Numbered from the stretch's first letter, positions 40,360 to 50,396 are shown. The stretch is 64,000 nt of DNA from Prevotella sp. UBA6447 (GCA_002437115.1 DJOD01000049.1:1752-65751), one strand, 5' to 3'. The notes: generated by a model from the letters alone, not told the origin. A program made the numbers and translations.

Positions 40360-41218
40360 CGCGCTCTACGTCGGCTATCGTCCCGTCGAACGGCCCGTTG
40401 TGCTCCAACTTCAACGTGCACATCGCGGCGGCGAAGCGCCCGGCCTCGGCATAGCCCATCCCTTGCAGGCGGCAGTAGAGGTAGCCTGTGGAATAGGTGT
40501 CGCCGCACCCCGTGGCATCCACCACCTGGCGTGGCTTGTAGGCGGGTATCTCATAGAAATGGCTGTCGGCGTAGATCAGCGAGCCATAGCTGCCCAGCGT
40601 GATGACCACCTCCTTCACGCCTTGCACGGCCAGCTTTTGCGCCACGGTTCGCGGGTCCGACGAGCAGGCCACCACTTCCATCTCGTGTTCGTTGAGCTTC
40701 AGGATGCCAGTGACGGCAAGGATCTCCTCCTGGTGCTTCCAGGGGATGGCGCGCACGTCCTCGCCCACCACCTCGCGCAAATAGCCTTGCACGTCGATGG
40801 ACACCAGTCCTTTCGTGGCGAGGTACTTGACCACCTCGGGTGAGAAGTCGTCGGCCAACAGGCTTCCCAGGTGGAAGACGCGAGCCTCAAGCGGTCGCAT
40901 CTCGTCGATGGTGAAGGCATCGGCCTTGGCCAGCACGCGCTGCGTGCGGTTGTCTGTATTTTCGCCATACTTGTTCTCGAAGTAGACGGTATGTTGGCTT
41001 GGGTAACAGACGGTGTCGATGCCCATGTGGCGCAATTTCTCCACTTCCCCCATCTGTCCTTGCCCCACCTTGGTTACCAATTGGTAACTCACCTTCTTGG
41101 GCAGGTGACTGATGCCGTGTGACATATAATAAGATGTGCCGCCAGCCATTTTGACGGTGCTGTTAGGGGTGATGATTTTATCGCGCGTGATGTGCCCGAT
41201 GCTGCAAATGTCCTTCAT
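40349..41218 (-). CDS. PfkB family carbohydrate kinase
   Basis: GG N-terminal motif, LKLNEHE, ITLGSYGS, DATGCGD; promoter at 41238-41245. Confidence 0.9.
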   Translation of the reverse strand: MKDICSIGHITRDKIITPNSTVKMAGGTSYYMSHGISHLPKKVSYQLVTKVGQGQMGEVEKLRHMGIDTVCYPSQHTVYFENKYGENTDNRTQRVLAKADAFTIDEMRPLEARVFHLGSLLADDFSPEVVKYLATKGLVSIDVQGYLREVVGEDVRAIPWKHQEEILAVTGILKLNEHEMEVVACSSDPRTVAQKLAVQGVKEVVITLGSYGSLIYADSHFYEIPAYKPRQVVDATGCGDTYSTGYLYCRLQGMGYAEAGRFAAAMCTLKLEHNGPFDGTIADVERVMG

Positions 41219-41352
41219 GTCAAAAAGTTGATTGGCGCAAAGGTAATAAAAAAAAATGAGCGAGAAGGTCTTGTCCGCCCATTTTTAGCTCTTTGCCCTT
41301 CGCCATGTGGTTGTTTCTGCTGTTGTGCCCCGCAATTCATGGTTTCTCCATG

Positions 41353-42369
41353 TCATGTCCTCGTTATTGTTTTCCACACCGTGTCGTACCATTGGTACAG
41401 GTAGCCGATACCCTCTTGCAGCAGGGTGTGGGGCTGGTACCCGAAGTCGCGTTGTAACCGGCTGGTGTCGGCGTAGGTGCGCGTCACGTCGCCTGGCTGC
41501 ATGTCCATCATCTCCATCAGCGCCTTGCGCCCCGTCGCTTGCTCGATGGTGCTGATGAAGTCGATGAGTCTCGTAGGGTGCGAGCATCCGATGTTATAGA
41601 CTCTGGCAGGCACCTTGTCCGTGTATCGGGCATCGGCTACCAGGCGTATGCCCTCCACAATGTCGTCGATGTAGGTGAAGTCGCGGAGCATGTTGCCACG
41701 GTTGAAGACCTTGATGGGTCTGTCGTTGGCAATGGCATCCATAAACTTGAAGGGAGCCATGTCGGGTCTTCCCCAGGGACCGTAGACGGTAAAGAAGCGC
41801 AGGGCGGTAGTCTGGAAGCCATAGAGCGCGGTGTAGGAGTAGGCCATCACCTCGTCGCTCTTCTTGGTAGCCGCGTAGAGGCTCACGGGGTGGCTGGTGT
41901 CGTCGGTCTCGGTGAAAGGCATGTGCTCGTCCATGCCGTAGACGCTGCTCGACGAAGCGAACAGCAAGTGACCCACGCCGTGGTTGCGGCAGCCCTCCAG
42001 GATATTGAGAAATCCCACGACATTGCTCTTCACGTACGACAGTGGGCTCTCGATGGAGAAGCGCACGCCTGCCTGTCCGGCGAGGTTGCACACGTGTGTG
42101 AACCGCCCTTCTGCGAATACGCGCTCCATGGCCTCGATGTCGGCGATGTCGGCCTCGAGAAAGCTGAAGTTAGGCAGCGTGCGACTGGCGGTGGGTCGCG
42201 TGCTATGGCTGCAGATGCCCAGGTCGCGGAGCCGCGCCTCCTTGAGCCGTGGCGTGTAGTAGTCGTTGAGGTTGTCGAGCCCCACGATGGTCGTGCCGGG
42301 TTTGGCAGCCAGGACTTTTACCAGCGCATGGCCGATGAAGCCCGCCGCGCCCGTGATGAGGATGTTCAT
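41353..42369 (-). CDS. UDP-glucuronate 4-epimerase (NAD-dependent epimerase)
   Basis: GAAGFIG, DNLNDYY, AGVRFS, SSSSVYG, YAATKK, YGPWGRPDMA, QPGDV. Confidence 0.9.
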   Translation of the reverse strand: MNILITGAAGFIGHALVKVLAAKPGTTIVGLDNLNDYYTPRLKEARLRDLGICSHSTRPTASRTLPNFSFLEADIADIEAMERVFAEGRFTHVCNLAGQAGVRFSIESPLSYVKSNVVGFLNILEGCRNHGVGHLLFASSSSVYGMDEHMPFTETDDTSHPVSLYAATKKSDEVMAYSYTALYGFQTTALRFFTVYGPWGRPDMAPFKFMDAIANDRPIKVFNRGNMLRDFTYIDDIVEGIRLVADARYTDKVPARVYNIGCSHPTRLIDFISTIEQATGRKALMEMMDMQPGDVTRTYADTSRLQRDFGYQPHTLLQEGIGYLYQWYDTVWKTITRT

Positions 42370-43004
42370 GGTTTCCGTGTGTTTTGCTTGTGATAGAGCG
42401 CGATGTTGCGCGAGTAGGTGAAGAAGCCTACCGATTGGCCGAGGATGAGCACTGGGTCGAGCCGGAACACGCCGTAGCTTACGATGATGGCGCAGCCCGT
42501 GAGACTGATGATCCAGAAGCCAACGGGCAGCACTGACTCATGCCGCCGGTAGCTGTAGTACCATTGGTAGATGAATCGCAACGTGAAGATGACCTGTCCC
42601 GCCGAGCCCCATAGCAGTAGGGCCATGGGCACGTCGCTGTTTCTCAGGAACGTCTCGACGAAAGCCGCGCCGTCGCTGGCCATCATGGCCAAGGCTGCCA
42701 CAGGCAGCAAGGCGATGGCACCGCGCAACGCGAGGGGCACGCGTTGCCACACTCGCTTGATGTTGAGGTTCCAGATGTAGATGTAGTATGAGATGAACTG
42801 CCCGAGGATGATGGCAAAGTCGTCGCGAAGCCAGCCGTAGGCGAAAAACAGGATGCTCCCCGCGAGGCTGCAAATCCAATAGATGTTGGGCGACACCACG
42901 CGATGTGCCTTCTCCGACAGGACCCATTGCAGCAACATCCGCGCCGAGAAGAATCCCTGGGCGGCAAAGCCAATGGCGTAAACCAGCAAGGATGTCTTTT
43001 CCAT
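42366..43004 (-). CDS. Membrane protein with two LAB_N (lipid-A-disaccharide synthase N-terminal) domains
   Basis: Repeated Q..F..R...QW..S......V.P..(Y/F)W..SL.G......YG..R.D...ILGQ; ATG at 43004. Confidence 0.85.
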   Translation of the reverse strand: MEKTSLLVYAIGFAAQGFFSARMLLQWVLSEKAHRVVSPNIYWICSLAGSILFFAYGWLRDDFAIILGQFISYYIYIWNLNIKRVWQRVPLALRGAIALLPVAALAMMASDGAAFVETFLRNSDVPMALLLWGSAGQVIFTLRFIYQWYYSYRRHESVLPVGFWIISLTGCAIIVSYGVFRLDPVLILGQSVGFFTYSRNIALYHKQNTRKP

Positions 43005-43015
43005 GGCCTTGCGGG

Positions 43016-43783
43016 TTAGCGTTGGGTGTGGCCGGTGGCCGGCTGTGTGCCGTCGTCCAGGTTGCTGTTGTCGATGGTGTAGCTGATGTGGCGGGCCTTC
43101 ATCCAGCGAAAGGCGAAGCAGTCGACGAACGGTCCTTTCAGCCTGTTCCACAAGTGATACTTCGACACGCCCGCCGTGCGTGGGTAGTGGCGCACGGGCA
43201 CTTCCTTGAACCGTCCGCCCTCAAGGGTCATGAGGGCTGCGAGGAAGCGGTGCATGCCGTCGAAGAATGGCAGCCGCTGGGCGTAGCTGGTCCACATCAC
43301 CTTCAGTGGGCATCCCGTGTCGGTGGCGGTGTCGCCCGTCATGTGGCGGCGGAACCTGTTGGCCACGCGCGACTGCAGTCGCTTGAAGGCCGAGTCTTTC
43401 CGGTTGGCGCGTATGCCCGACACGAGCTGGTAGCTGTCGACGAAGCGCAGCAGGAGGTTGAAGTCTTGCGGGTTGGTCTGCAGGTCCGCGTCTATGTAGC
43501 CCGTGAGGCGGCTCCTTGCGCTGTCGATACCCGCCTTCATGGCCGTGCTGAGACCGTGGTTTTCCGTGCTGCTGATGAAGAAGAAGTTGTCGTGGCGACC
43601 GCATATCTCGCGTATCTTTTCGAGGCTGTGGTCGGTGGAGCCGTCGTTCACAAGTAGCACGCACGCCTTCACCGAGGCTGTTGGCAGGTATTCGGCCATC
43701 GTCTTCTCCACGCGGTCGAGGTTGTCTTCCTCGTTGTAGACAGGTATGATGATGGTCAGCTCGTATTGCTCAGTCTTGTTCAT
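43016..43783 (-). CDS. GT2 polyprenyl-phosphate glycosyltransferase (ArnC/RgtE-like)
   Basis: IPVYNEEDN, DGSTD, IDADLQ, DTGCPLK, GMHRFL, HYPRTAGVSKY. Confidence 0.88.
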   Translation of the reverse strand: MNKTEQYELTIIIPVYNEEDNLDRVEKTMAEYLPTASVKACVLLVNDGSTDHSLEKIREICGRHDNFFFISSTENHGLSTAMKAGIDSARSRLTGYIDADLQTNPQDFNLLLRFVDSYQLVSGIRANRKDSAFKRLQSRVANRFRRHMTGDTATDTGCPLKVMWTSYAQRLPFFDGMHRFLAALMTLEGGRFKEVPVRHYPRTAGVSKYHLWNRLKGPFVDCFAFRWMKARHISYTIDNSNLDDGTQPATGHTQR

Positions 43784-43804
43784 GTTGTCTTTGGATGAGT
43801 CTTG

Positions 43805-45478
43805 TTAGTTGGTTTGTTGGGTGGGGCGTGGGGTGTGGGTCGCCCGCTTGGCCGTCAGCCTCACGACCTGTCCGCGCAGGTCGTCGGTATAGTGCCTGTT
43901 GGCCTTGGGGTGCAGGTTGATGTCGTAGCTTCCCAGTGTTGTCGTGTCGGCCACATGGAGGGTGGCCGCCGACACCCGTTCCTTGGAGCTGGTCGGGATG
44001 ACCAAGGCAAATGGCAGGTGCGCACGCACCGTTGTCGTGTCGTTGAGGTCGATGGGCAGTATTTTCCTTCCGGCGTGGTACACCAGTTCGATGCGGATGG
44101 GCGTCTGCCGGTCGTGGAAGAGTGGCAGAGCACGGGCTTGGCCGTTGTCCACCACGAGGCCGATGCTTCGTGCCTCGGGATTGCCTACTGCGCGTGTGAT
44201 GGTCGGCAGGAGCAGCAGTTCGGCCGTGGCGAAGACCAGTGCCACGGCTCCCACTTGCACCAGGGGCTTGCGCTTCAGGGTGCCCCACGCCGTGAGCACC
44301 GCTGTGAGGGTGAGCAGCGTGGCTGCCGCGATGCGTGCCGCGAGACTGATGGCCGCCGCTGCGGGCACCACGAAGAGCGCGATGGCCGCGCCGCCGATGA
44401 CCAGCGTCAGCAGTGTCCCTTGGCCCCAGAGGAGCGCGCGGCTCAGGTGGTCGGCCTGCCCGGAGGCAAAGGCATCCTTGGCGTGCGTGATGACGCAGGC
44501 CACCAGCAGGGCGCATGGTGCCAGTGAGGGCAGCAGGTAGCGCATCTTCTTTTCGGGCATGAGCGACAGCAGCACCAGCGAGCCTACCGCCCAGCAGAAG
44601 GTGATGAGGTAGGTGCGCTTCATGGTGATGCGGCGTTTCCAGTAGCCGAGGACGAGGGCTGCCAGCATGGGCAGCGCCCATGCGCCCATCTCTAAGAAGA
44701 AGCGCCAGTAGTACCACCAGGGCCTGACGTTGTGGTTGGCCCATGCCCCCGACTCCTTGGCCATGACCGCCGTTACAGCGTCGCCGTGTGCCATGAGCAA
44801 ATAGGCATACCACCAGCCGCCCACGGCCACGCCCACCAGGGCCATGGCCACCAGCGAGCCCCACTTGCCGCGCATCGACAGTGAAGGGAGGGGCGTTAGG
44901 GCGACGAGGAAGGGCAAGAGCAGCGTGTAGAACGACACGGGTCCCTTGCTCAGGAACGACAGGCCCATCAGCACGCCCGCCAGCGGCATCTGCCACTGGT
45001 AACCGCGCTCCTCTGTCAGGGCGCGCAGCAGCAGGTAGATGGCTCCCATCATCAGCGCGTGGCAATAGATGTCCCACGTGGCCGATCGACCCATGAGCAC
45101 CGTGTTGTAGCAGGTGAGAAACACCACCGTGGCCACCACGGCATAGTCGGTGCGCCGGGCGATGCGTCGGGCGGTGAGAAAGAGAAACCATGTCCACAGG
45201 CATCCCATGGCGCCCGCCGCGAGGCGTTGCGCCGCGAGGCTTCGTGGGCAGGCTGCCTCGATGGCTCCTGCCACCCAGGTGGGCAGCGGCGGCTTCTCCA
45301 GGCGCAGGGTGCCGTTCATGGTGGGCACCAGCCAGCATCCGTCGCTCACCATCTCGCGTGCCGTCACCACGTTGCGTTGCTCCATGATGTCGGTGGGCAG
45401 TGCGCCGATGTTGGCAAAGAATGTCAGCAGGGTGAAGAGCACCAGTAGGATGGGTACAGCAAGTCTTGTCTTGTTCAT
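43805..45478 (-). CDS. ArnT/GT83 family membrane glycosyltransferase
   Basis: EQRN.VTAREM, PTMNG..RLEKPPLPTW, SKGPV, PWWYY, EKKMRYLLP; promoter at 45496-45503. Confidence 0.9.
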   Translation of the reverse strand: MNKTRLAVPILLVLFTLLTFFANIGALPTDIMEQRNVVTAREMVSDGCWLVPTMNGTLRLEKPPLPTWVAGAIEAACPRSLAAQRLAAGAMGCLWTWFLFLTARRIARRTDYAVVATVVFLTCYNTVLMGRSATWDIYCHALMMGAIYLLLRALTEERGYQWQMPLAGVLMGLSFLSKGPVSFYTLLLPFLVALTPLPSLSMRGKWGSLVAMALVGVAVGGWWYAYLLMAHGDAVTAVMAKESGAWANHNVRPWWYYWRFFLEMGAWALPMLAALVLGYWKRRITMKRTYLITFCWAVGSLVLLSLMPEKKMRYLLPSLAPCALLVACVITHAKDAFASGQADHLSRALLWGQGTLLTLVIGGAAIALFVVPAAAAISLAARIAAATLLTLTAVLTAWGTLKRKPLVQVGAVALVFATAELLLLPTITRAVGNPEARSIGLVVDNGQARALPLFHDRQTPIRIELVYHAGRKILPIDLNDTTTVRAHLPFALVIPTSSKERVSAATLHVADTTTLGSYDINLHPKANRHYTDDLRGQVVRLTAKRATHTPRPTQQTN

Positions 45479-45671
45479 ATTCGATTTTGATGGTGCAAAG
45501 TTACTGAAAGATTTTTGGGAAAAATTGTGCGGTGGGCAAAAAAGAGTATTAAAAAATCTGAATAATCGGCCTCTTCCGGGCTGTCTCAGTTAGCGCGGCC
45601 GAAGCGCTTTTAGGCAGTTTCCGGGCCGCATTTGTTGCCAATTCGGCGCTTGTTATTGGCTGTTTTTCCAT

Positions 45672-45882
45672 CAATATGCCCTCTATTGAGGAGAATAGGA
45701 AGCCCTATTGTCTGAAGAAAGAACCCCTATCTTGTCTCAATATGGCCTTGATCGACTGGCGATAGGTGTCGAATCGTGGAAAGAGAGACGCGTGGCCTCT
45801 GCATGATGCCTGCCAATCGTCTTCAATTCGCTGTGATACAGATGATTATGAATAACGCCCCTAAATTCGCCCATTTGAGGGC
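45672..45882 (-). repeat. Intergenic element copy 2 (inverted relative to 17332-17510)
   Basis: CTATTG/CTATTG/CTATCT/TGATCG at 45683, 45705, 45727, 45749; core at 45824-45882 aligns with the reverse complement of 17332-17390. Confidence 0.6.
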
Positions 45883-46037
45883 TGTTGCCCCTTTGGTGAG
45901 TAGAAACGCCTGTTTTTAGAGGGTGCTTGTCAGCTATTTTCATCAACTTTTCACCTATTTTAATATGCAATTGCTTCGCGTTTTCACAATTCACACGATT
46001 GTAACCTATGCTCAACGTTTATGTAACATGGAGGACA

Positions 46038-46045
46038 TAACTTTG
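46038..46045 (+). promoter_or_regulatory. -7 promoter element for the TonB receptor operon
   Basis: TAACTTTG ending 25 nt before ATG 46071. Confidence 0.65.
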
Positions 46046-46070
46046 CGGCGTGAAAAGTAAAAAGATTGTT

Positions 46071-48686
46071 ATGAAACGAAACCGTGTGACATTTGTGGGT
46101 CTGATGATGCTCGCCTTGCCTACCAGCGTGGCCGCGCAGGTGAAGACCGACACAACAAGCCAAGCTTCCGACACCACTAAGCAGTCGCAGCCTATGACCG
46201 ACCAGCAACTTGGCGGGGTGACGGTGACAGCCGTTAGACGTAGCGACACCGAGGCGGCCACCATCCAGGAAGCTAAGCGCAGCGCCAACGTCGTGAACAA
46301 TGTGTCGGCGCAGGAGATCAAGCGCACGCAAGACAGCAACGCTGGCGAGGTGATACGCCGCATACCGGGCGTGAGCCTCATCGACGACAAGTTTGTCATG
46401 GTGCGCGGACTGCAGCAGCGTTACAACAACGTGTGGATCAACGGTGGAGCCGTGCCCAGCTCGGAGGCCGACAGCCGTGCCTTCTCGTTCGACATGATTC
46501 CCAGTGGCCAGATTGACAACCTCACCATCGTGAAGACGCCTGCCGCTGAGTATCCCGCCGATTACACGGGCGGTTTCATACAGGTTAACACCAAGGAAAT
46601 ACCCATTTCCAACTCGTTTCATATCTCCGTGGGTGCCAGCTGGAACAGTCAGTCGGCCCTGCGGAATTTTTATTCGCAAAAATCGTCGGCCACCGACTTT
46701 CTCGGCTTCGACTCAGGACTCCGCTCCCTTGATGGGGGTATCGAAAAGACCTTCTCGACGCTCGGGCTCAACAGCGGTGGCAACCCCATGATTGACCTGC
46801 TCGGCAATGGGTTTAGCAATGACTGGAGCGTGAGCCGCCACAAGCCGTTAGGCGATCTGAAGCTCAACGCCGACTATGCCCACCGCTGGAAGGCATGGGG
46901 TGGAAAGCTCGGGTTGCTCGCCGCCATCAACTATACCAACGAGTATCGCGCCTACCGCGACATGGTCAACAACTTCTATGGTGCCTACGACACCGACAAC
47001 GACCGTGTGAACCCTCTGCGCCTCTCCACCGACAACCAGTATAACCAGAACGACCGCCTCGGCGCCTTGCTCAACCTGACATGGCTCAGCCCTTCGGGAA
47101 ACAACAAGTTCCAGTGGAAGAACATCTTCAACCAGCTGGGCAACAGCCGCTACACCACCCGTGAGGGGCTCAGCGCGCAGTCGGAAAACGAACGGTCGGC
47201 CGAATACTATTATCGTAGCCGCACCACCTACACCACACAGCTCACGGGGCGCCACACGCTCGGCGCGGATGCCCTCGATTGGAGTGCCAGCTACGCCTAT
47301 GCCAACCGTCGGCTGCCCGACCGCCGCAAGTATATCCTCTACAACGAAGACCCGCAGCAGAGCGACCAGTATGTGTGGCTCTACAAAAACGACATTTCAC
47401 GCGAGTGGACCTCGCTCGACGAGCACATCCTCTCCTTGCAGGCCAACGACAGCCACCGCTTCACCTTCGGACAGTGGCAACCCACACTCAAGGCGGGCAT
47501 CTACGGCGAGTATCGCACTCGCACGTACAACACGCGCAACCTCCTCTACTGGTACAACACGGACAACAACCTGCCGAGCGGTTTCCGCAGCATGGACATG
47601 ACAACCCTGCTCAGCGACCCCGCCAACTTCGGAGCCGACAAGCTATACCTGCTGGAGGATGTCAACAAGATCAATGACTACAGTGGCAACAACCTGCTCG
47701 GTGCCGCCTATGCCATGGCCACGCTGCCGCTCGGCAAGGTCGACGTGCACGCTGGCGTGCGCTACGAGTATAACCAGATGGAACTCATCTCCAACTCCAA
47801 AGCCTCGGAGGTGAGCCATGAGAGCCACTACTACCGTCACGGCGATCTCTTCCCGTCGGCCAACATGACTTGGCACATCACCGACCAGCACCAGGCGCGC
47901 CTCTGCTATGGGCGCAGCATCAACCGGCCCGAGTTTCGCGAGCTGTCGCCATCGGTCTACTACGACTTCGACTTGGCCTCCAACGTGCAGGGTAACTACG
48001 AACTGAAGAACTGCTACGTCGATAACATCGACCTGCGCTATGAGTGGTATCCCAGCCGGGGCGAGGTCATCTCGCTGGCAGCCTTCTACAAGCATTTCGA
48101 TTCGCCCATTGAGTGGGTCTACACCCTATCGGGAGGAACTGATGTAGTCTACTCATACAAGAACGCCCGCTCGGCCGACAACTACGGCCTGGAGCTCGAC
48201 ATCCGAAAGAGCCTCGACTTCATCGGACTGAAAGATTTCTCATGGAGCTTCAATGGTTCGCTCATACACAGCCGCGTGCATTTCGAACCTGGTAGCTACG
48301 AGTATGACCGCCCCATGCAGGGACAGTCGCCTTACCTCATCAACACGGGCATATTCTATAATAATCAGCAACACCACCTCTCAGTCAACCTACTCTACAA
48401 CCGCATCGGCAAGCGCATCGTGGGCGTGGGACGCACCGAGGGAGGTGGCGACCCTTCACGCAACATCCGTGTGCCCGACAGCTATGAGATGCCCCGCGAC
48501 GCCTTTGACCTGACGGCCAGCAAGCGGTGGGGAAGATGGGAGGTCAAGCTCGCCGTGCGCGACCTGCTCAACCAGAGCATCCTCTTCAAGCAGTTCCAGA
48601 CCGTGGATGGGAAAGATATACAACAAGTGACACGCAAATATAAACCGGGACGCAACATCAACCTCTCGGTAACCGTAACATTATAA
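46071..48686 (+). CDS. TonB-dependent outer membrane receptor
   Basis: Signal peptide, VTVTA TonB-box-like, plug RIPGVS..VRGL..RYN, barrel RPEFREL, GN.ELK..DN.DLRYEWY. Confidence 0.92.
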   Translation: MKRNRVTFVGLMMLALPTSVAAQVKTDTTSQASDTTKQSQPMTDQQLGGVTVTAVRRSDTEAATIQEAKRSANVVNNVSAQEIKRTQDSNAGEVIRRIPGVSLIDDKFVMVRGLQQRYNNVWINGGAVPSSEADSRAFSFDMIPSGQIDNLTIVKTPAAEYPADYTGGFIQVNTKEIPISNSFHISVGASWNSQSALRNFYSQKSSATDFLGFDSGLRSLDGGIEKTFSTLGLNSGGNPMIDLLGNGFSNDWSVSRHKPLGDLKLNADYAHRWKAWGGKLGLLAAINYTNEYRAYRDMVNNFYGAYDTDNDRVNPLRLSTDNQYNQNDRLGALLNLTWLSPSGNNKFQWKNIFNQLGNSRYTTREGLSAQSENERSAEYYYRSRTTYTTQLTGRHTLGADALDWSASYAYANRRLPDRRKYILYNEDPQQSDQYVWLYKNDISREWTSLDEHILSLQANDSHRFTFGQWQPTLKAGIYGEYRTRTYNTRNLLYWYNTDNNLPSGFRSMDMTTLLSDPANFGADKLYLLEDVNKINDYSGNNLLGAAYAMATLPLGKVDVHAGVRYEYNQMELISNSKASEVSHESHYYRHGDLFPSANMTWHITDQHQARLCYGRSINRPEFRELSPSVYYDFDLASNVQGNYELKNCYVDNIDLRYEWYPSRGEVISLAAFYKHFDSPIEWVYTLSGGTDVVYSYKNARSADNYGLELDIRKSLDFIGLKDFSWSFNGSLIHSRVHFEPGSYEYDRPMQGQSPYLINTGIFYNNQQHHLSVNLLYNRIGKRIVGVGRTEGGGDPSRNIRVPDSYEMPRDAFDLTASKRWGRWEVKLAVRDLLNQSILFKQFQTVDGKDIQQVTRKYKPGRNINLSVTVTL

Positions 48687-48697
48687 ATTCAAAAACG

Positions 48698-50170
48698 ATG
48701 AAAACAGACAAGATTTTTTTGGGATGCCTGGGCATCCTCGCCATGTCAATGACATTCATGTCATGCAGCGACAACGACGAGCCTAATTCTGGCACGGCCT
48801 ACAAATGGTCGACAGATGGCGGATTCAAGGCTTGCGACCACATTCTCTTCACCGATGACGGCAAAGAGGCTCCCAAGGGAACAGTCATTGGTAATGGCGA
48901 TCAAAACTTCGTTTTCAAGGGTACGCAGACCCTGGAGCGTGGCACCTACACGCTCAAGGGATGGGTCTACGTGGCCGACGGTTCTACGCTGACCATTCCG
49001 GCTGGCACAGTCGTCAAGGGCGACAAGGAGACAAAGGCTGCCATCATCGTGGAGCCAGGCGGCAAGCTCATTGCCAACGGAACGGCCACTGAGCCTATCG
49101 TCTTCACATCCGAGGCGGCAGCTGGCAGCCGCAAGCCTGGCGACTGGGGTGGTGTGATCCTCTGCGGAAAGGCTCCCAACAACAATGGTGTGTTGGCGCA
49201 GCAGATTGAGGGTGGCCCTCGCACGAAGCACGGTGGCAATGACGCCAAAGACAACAGTGGCTCGTTGCAGTATGTGCGCATTGAGTTTGCTGGCTACCCA
49301 TTCGAGAAAGATAAGGAAATCAACGGTCTCACCTTGGGTTCCGTTGGATCTGGCACAACCATCGACCACGTGCAGGTTTCTTACTCAAACGATGACAGCT
49401 TCGAATGGTTCGGTGGTACGGTCAACTGCAAGCACATCATCGCCTTCCGTGGTTGGGATGACGACTTCGATACCGACAATGGGTTTGCGGGCAATGTGCA
49501 GTATGCCCTCTCTGTGCGCGACTCACGCATCGCCGACGCCTCGCAGAGCAATGGCTTCGAGAGCGACAACAACGCCAGTGGCTCAGCAGTTGAACCTTAC
49601 ACGACGGCCAACTTCTCCTATGTCACCTTCCTCGGCCCGAAGACCTTCGACGGTTCTTTCGCCAACACGACAGACTATATCAACGGCAACGGTATGAATC
49701 CTGAGAACGGCTCGTCGATGGGTCTCTTCCAGGCTGCCATGCACATCCGTCGCAACTCACGCCTCAACGTGTCAAACACCCTCGCCATAGGATGGCCCGT
49801 CGGCCTTATCCTCGACAACGAGAAGGGTAACACGCAGGGAGCTGCCACCGACGGCAAGATGAGCCTCAAGAACATCAAGTTCGTAGGCATGACCATCACT
49901 GGTTCCGACTTCAACAAGGTCTACAAGGATGAGCTCTACGACTACAAGACCAAGACGACAGATCCCTCTAAGAAGTCGTTCTCAAGCACATTCTTCTCCT
50001 TGCCGGCCAATCAGAACAGTGTCATTGCCGATTGGATGGCTCAAACATGGGGTGGCATCTCCTCTATCTTGGCCATCAGCACCCAGTATTCTCGCATCGG
50101 TGCTTTCCCCGACGGAAAGGACTGGACCGCTGGCTGGGCTAACTTCGACCCCCAGAACGCGAAATATTAA
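48698..50170 (+). CDS. Surface lipoprotein with right-handed beta-helix (non-SusD partner of the TonB receptor)
   Basis: Lipobox FMSC; GDWGGVILCGKA, DNSGSLQYVRIEFAG, DDSFEWFGG, DDDFDTD. Confidence 0.8.
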   Translation: MKTDKIFLGCLGILAMSMTFMSCSDNDEPNSGTAYKWSTDGGFKACDHILFTDDGKEAPKGTVIGNGDQNFVFKGTQTLERGTYTLKGWVYVADGSTLTIPAGTVVKGDKETKAAIIVEPGGKLIANGTATEPIVFTSEAAAGSRKPGDWGGVILCGKAPNNNGVLAQQIEGGPRTKHGGNDAKDNSGSLQYVRIEFAGYPFEKDKEINGLTLGSVGSGTTIDHVQVSYSNDDSFEWFGGTVNCKHIIAFRGWDDDFDTDNGFAGNVQYALSVRDSRIADASQSNGFESDNNASGSAVEPYTTANFSYVTFLGPKTFDGSFANTTDYINGNGMNPENGSSMGLFQAAMHIRRNSRLNVSNTLAIGWPVGLILDNEKGNTQGAATDGKMSLKNIKFVGMTITGSDFNKVYKDELYDYKTKTTDPSKKSFSSTFFSLPANQNSVIADWMAQTWGGISSILAISTQYSRIGAFPDGKDWTAGWANFDPQNAKY

Positions 50171-50188
50171 TTATTAATCTTTTCCTGG

Positions 50189-50242
50189 TCTCAGATGGGA
50201 GAAGGCGGTAAGTGGCTTGCCTTCCCTATCTGAGATTTTTTT
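50189..50242 (+). terminator. Rho-independent terminator
   Basis: TCTCAGATGGGAGAAGGC...GCCTTCCCTATCTGAGA followed by T7. Confidence 0.8.
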
Positions 50243-50396
50243 GTGATGCCTATCCATTTTTTGCATTGCTTATCCACTTGGTTGCCGATTTGCATATCAC
50301 TTGTGGCGGATAGGCATAAAAAAGGATGAACTGTAATTGCGTGCAGTTCATCCTGTTTTTGTTTGTTCCTGTTTTGTTGGGTCTCCTGTGGGAGCC

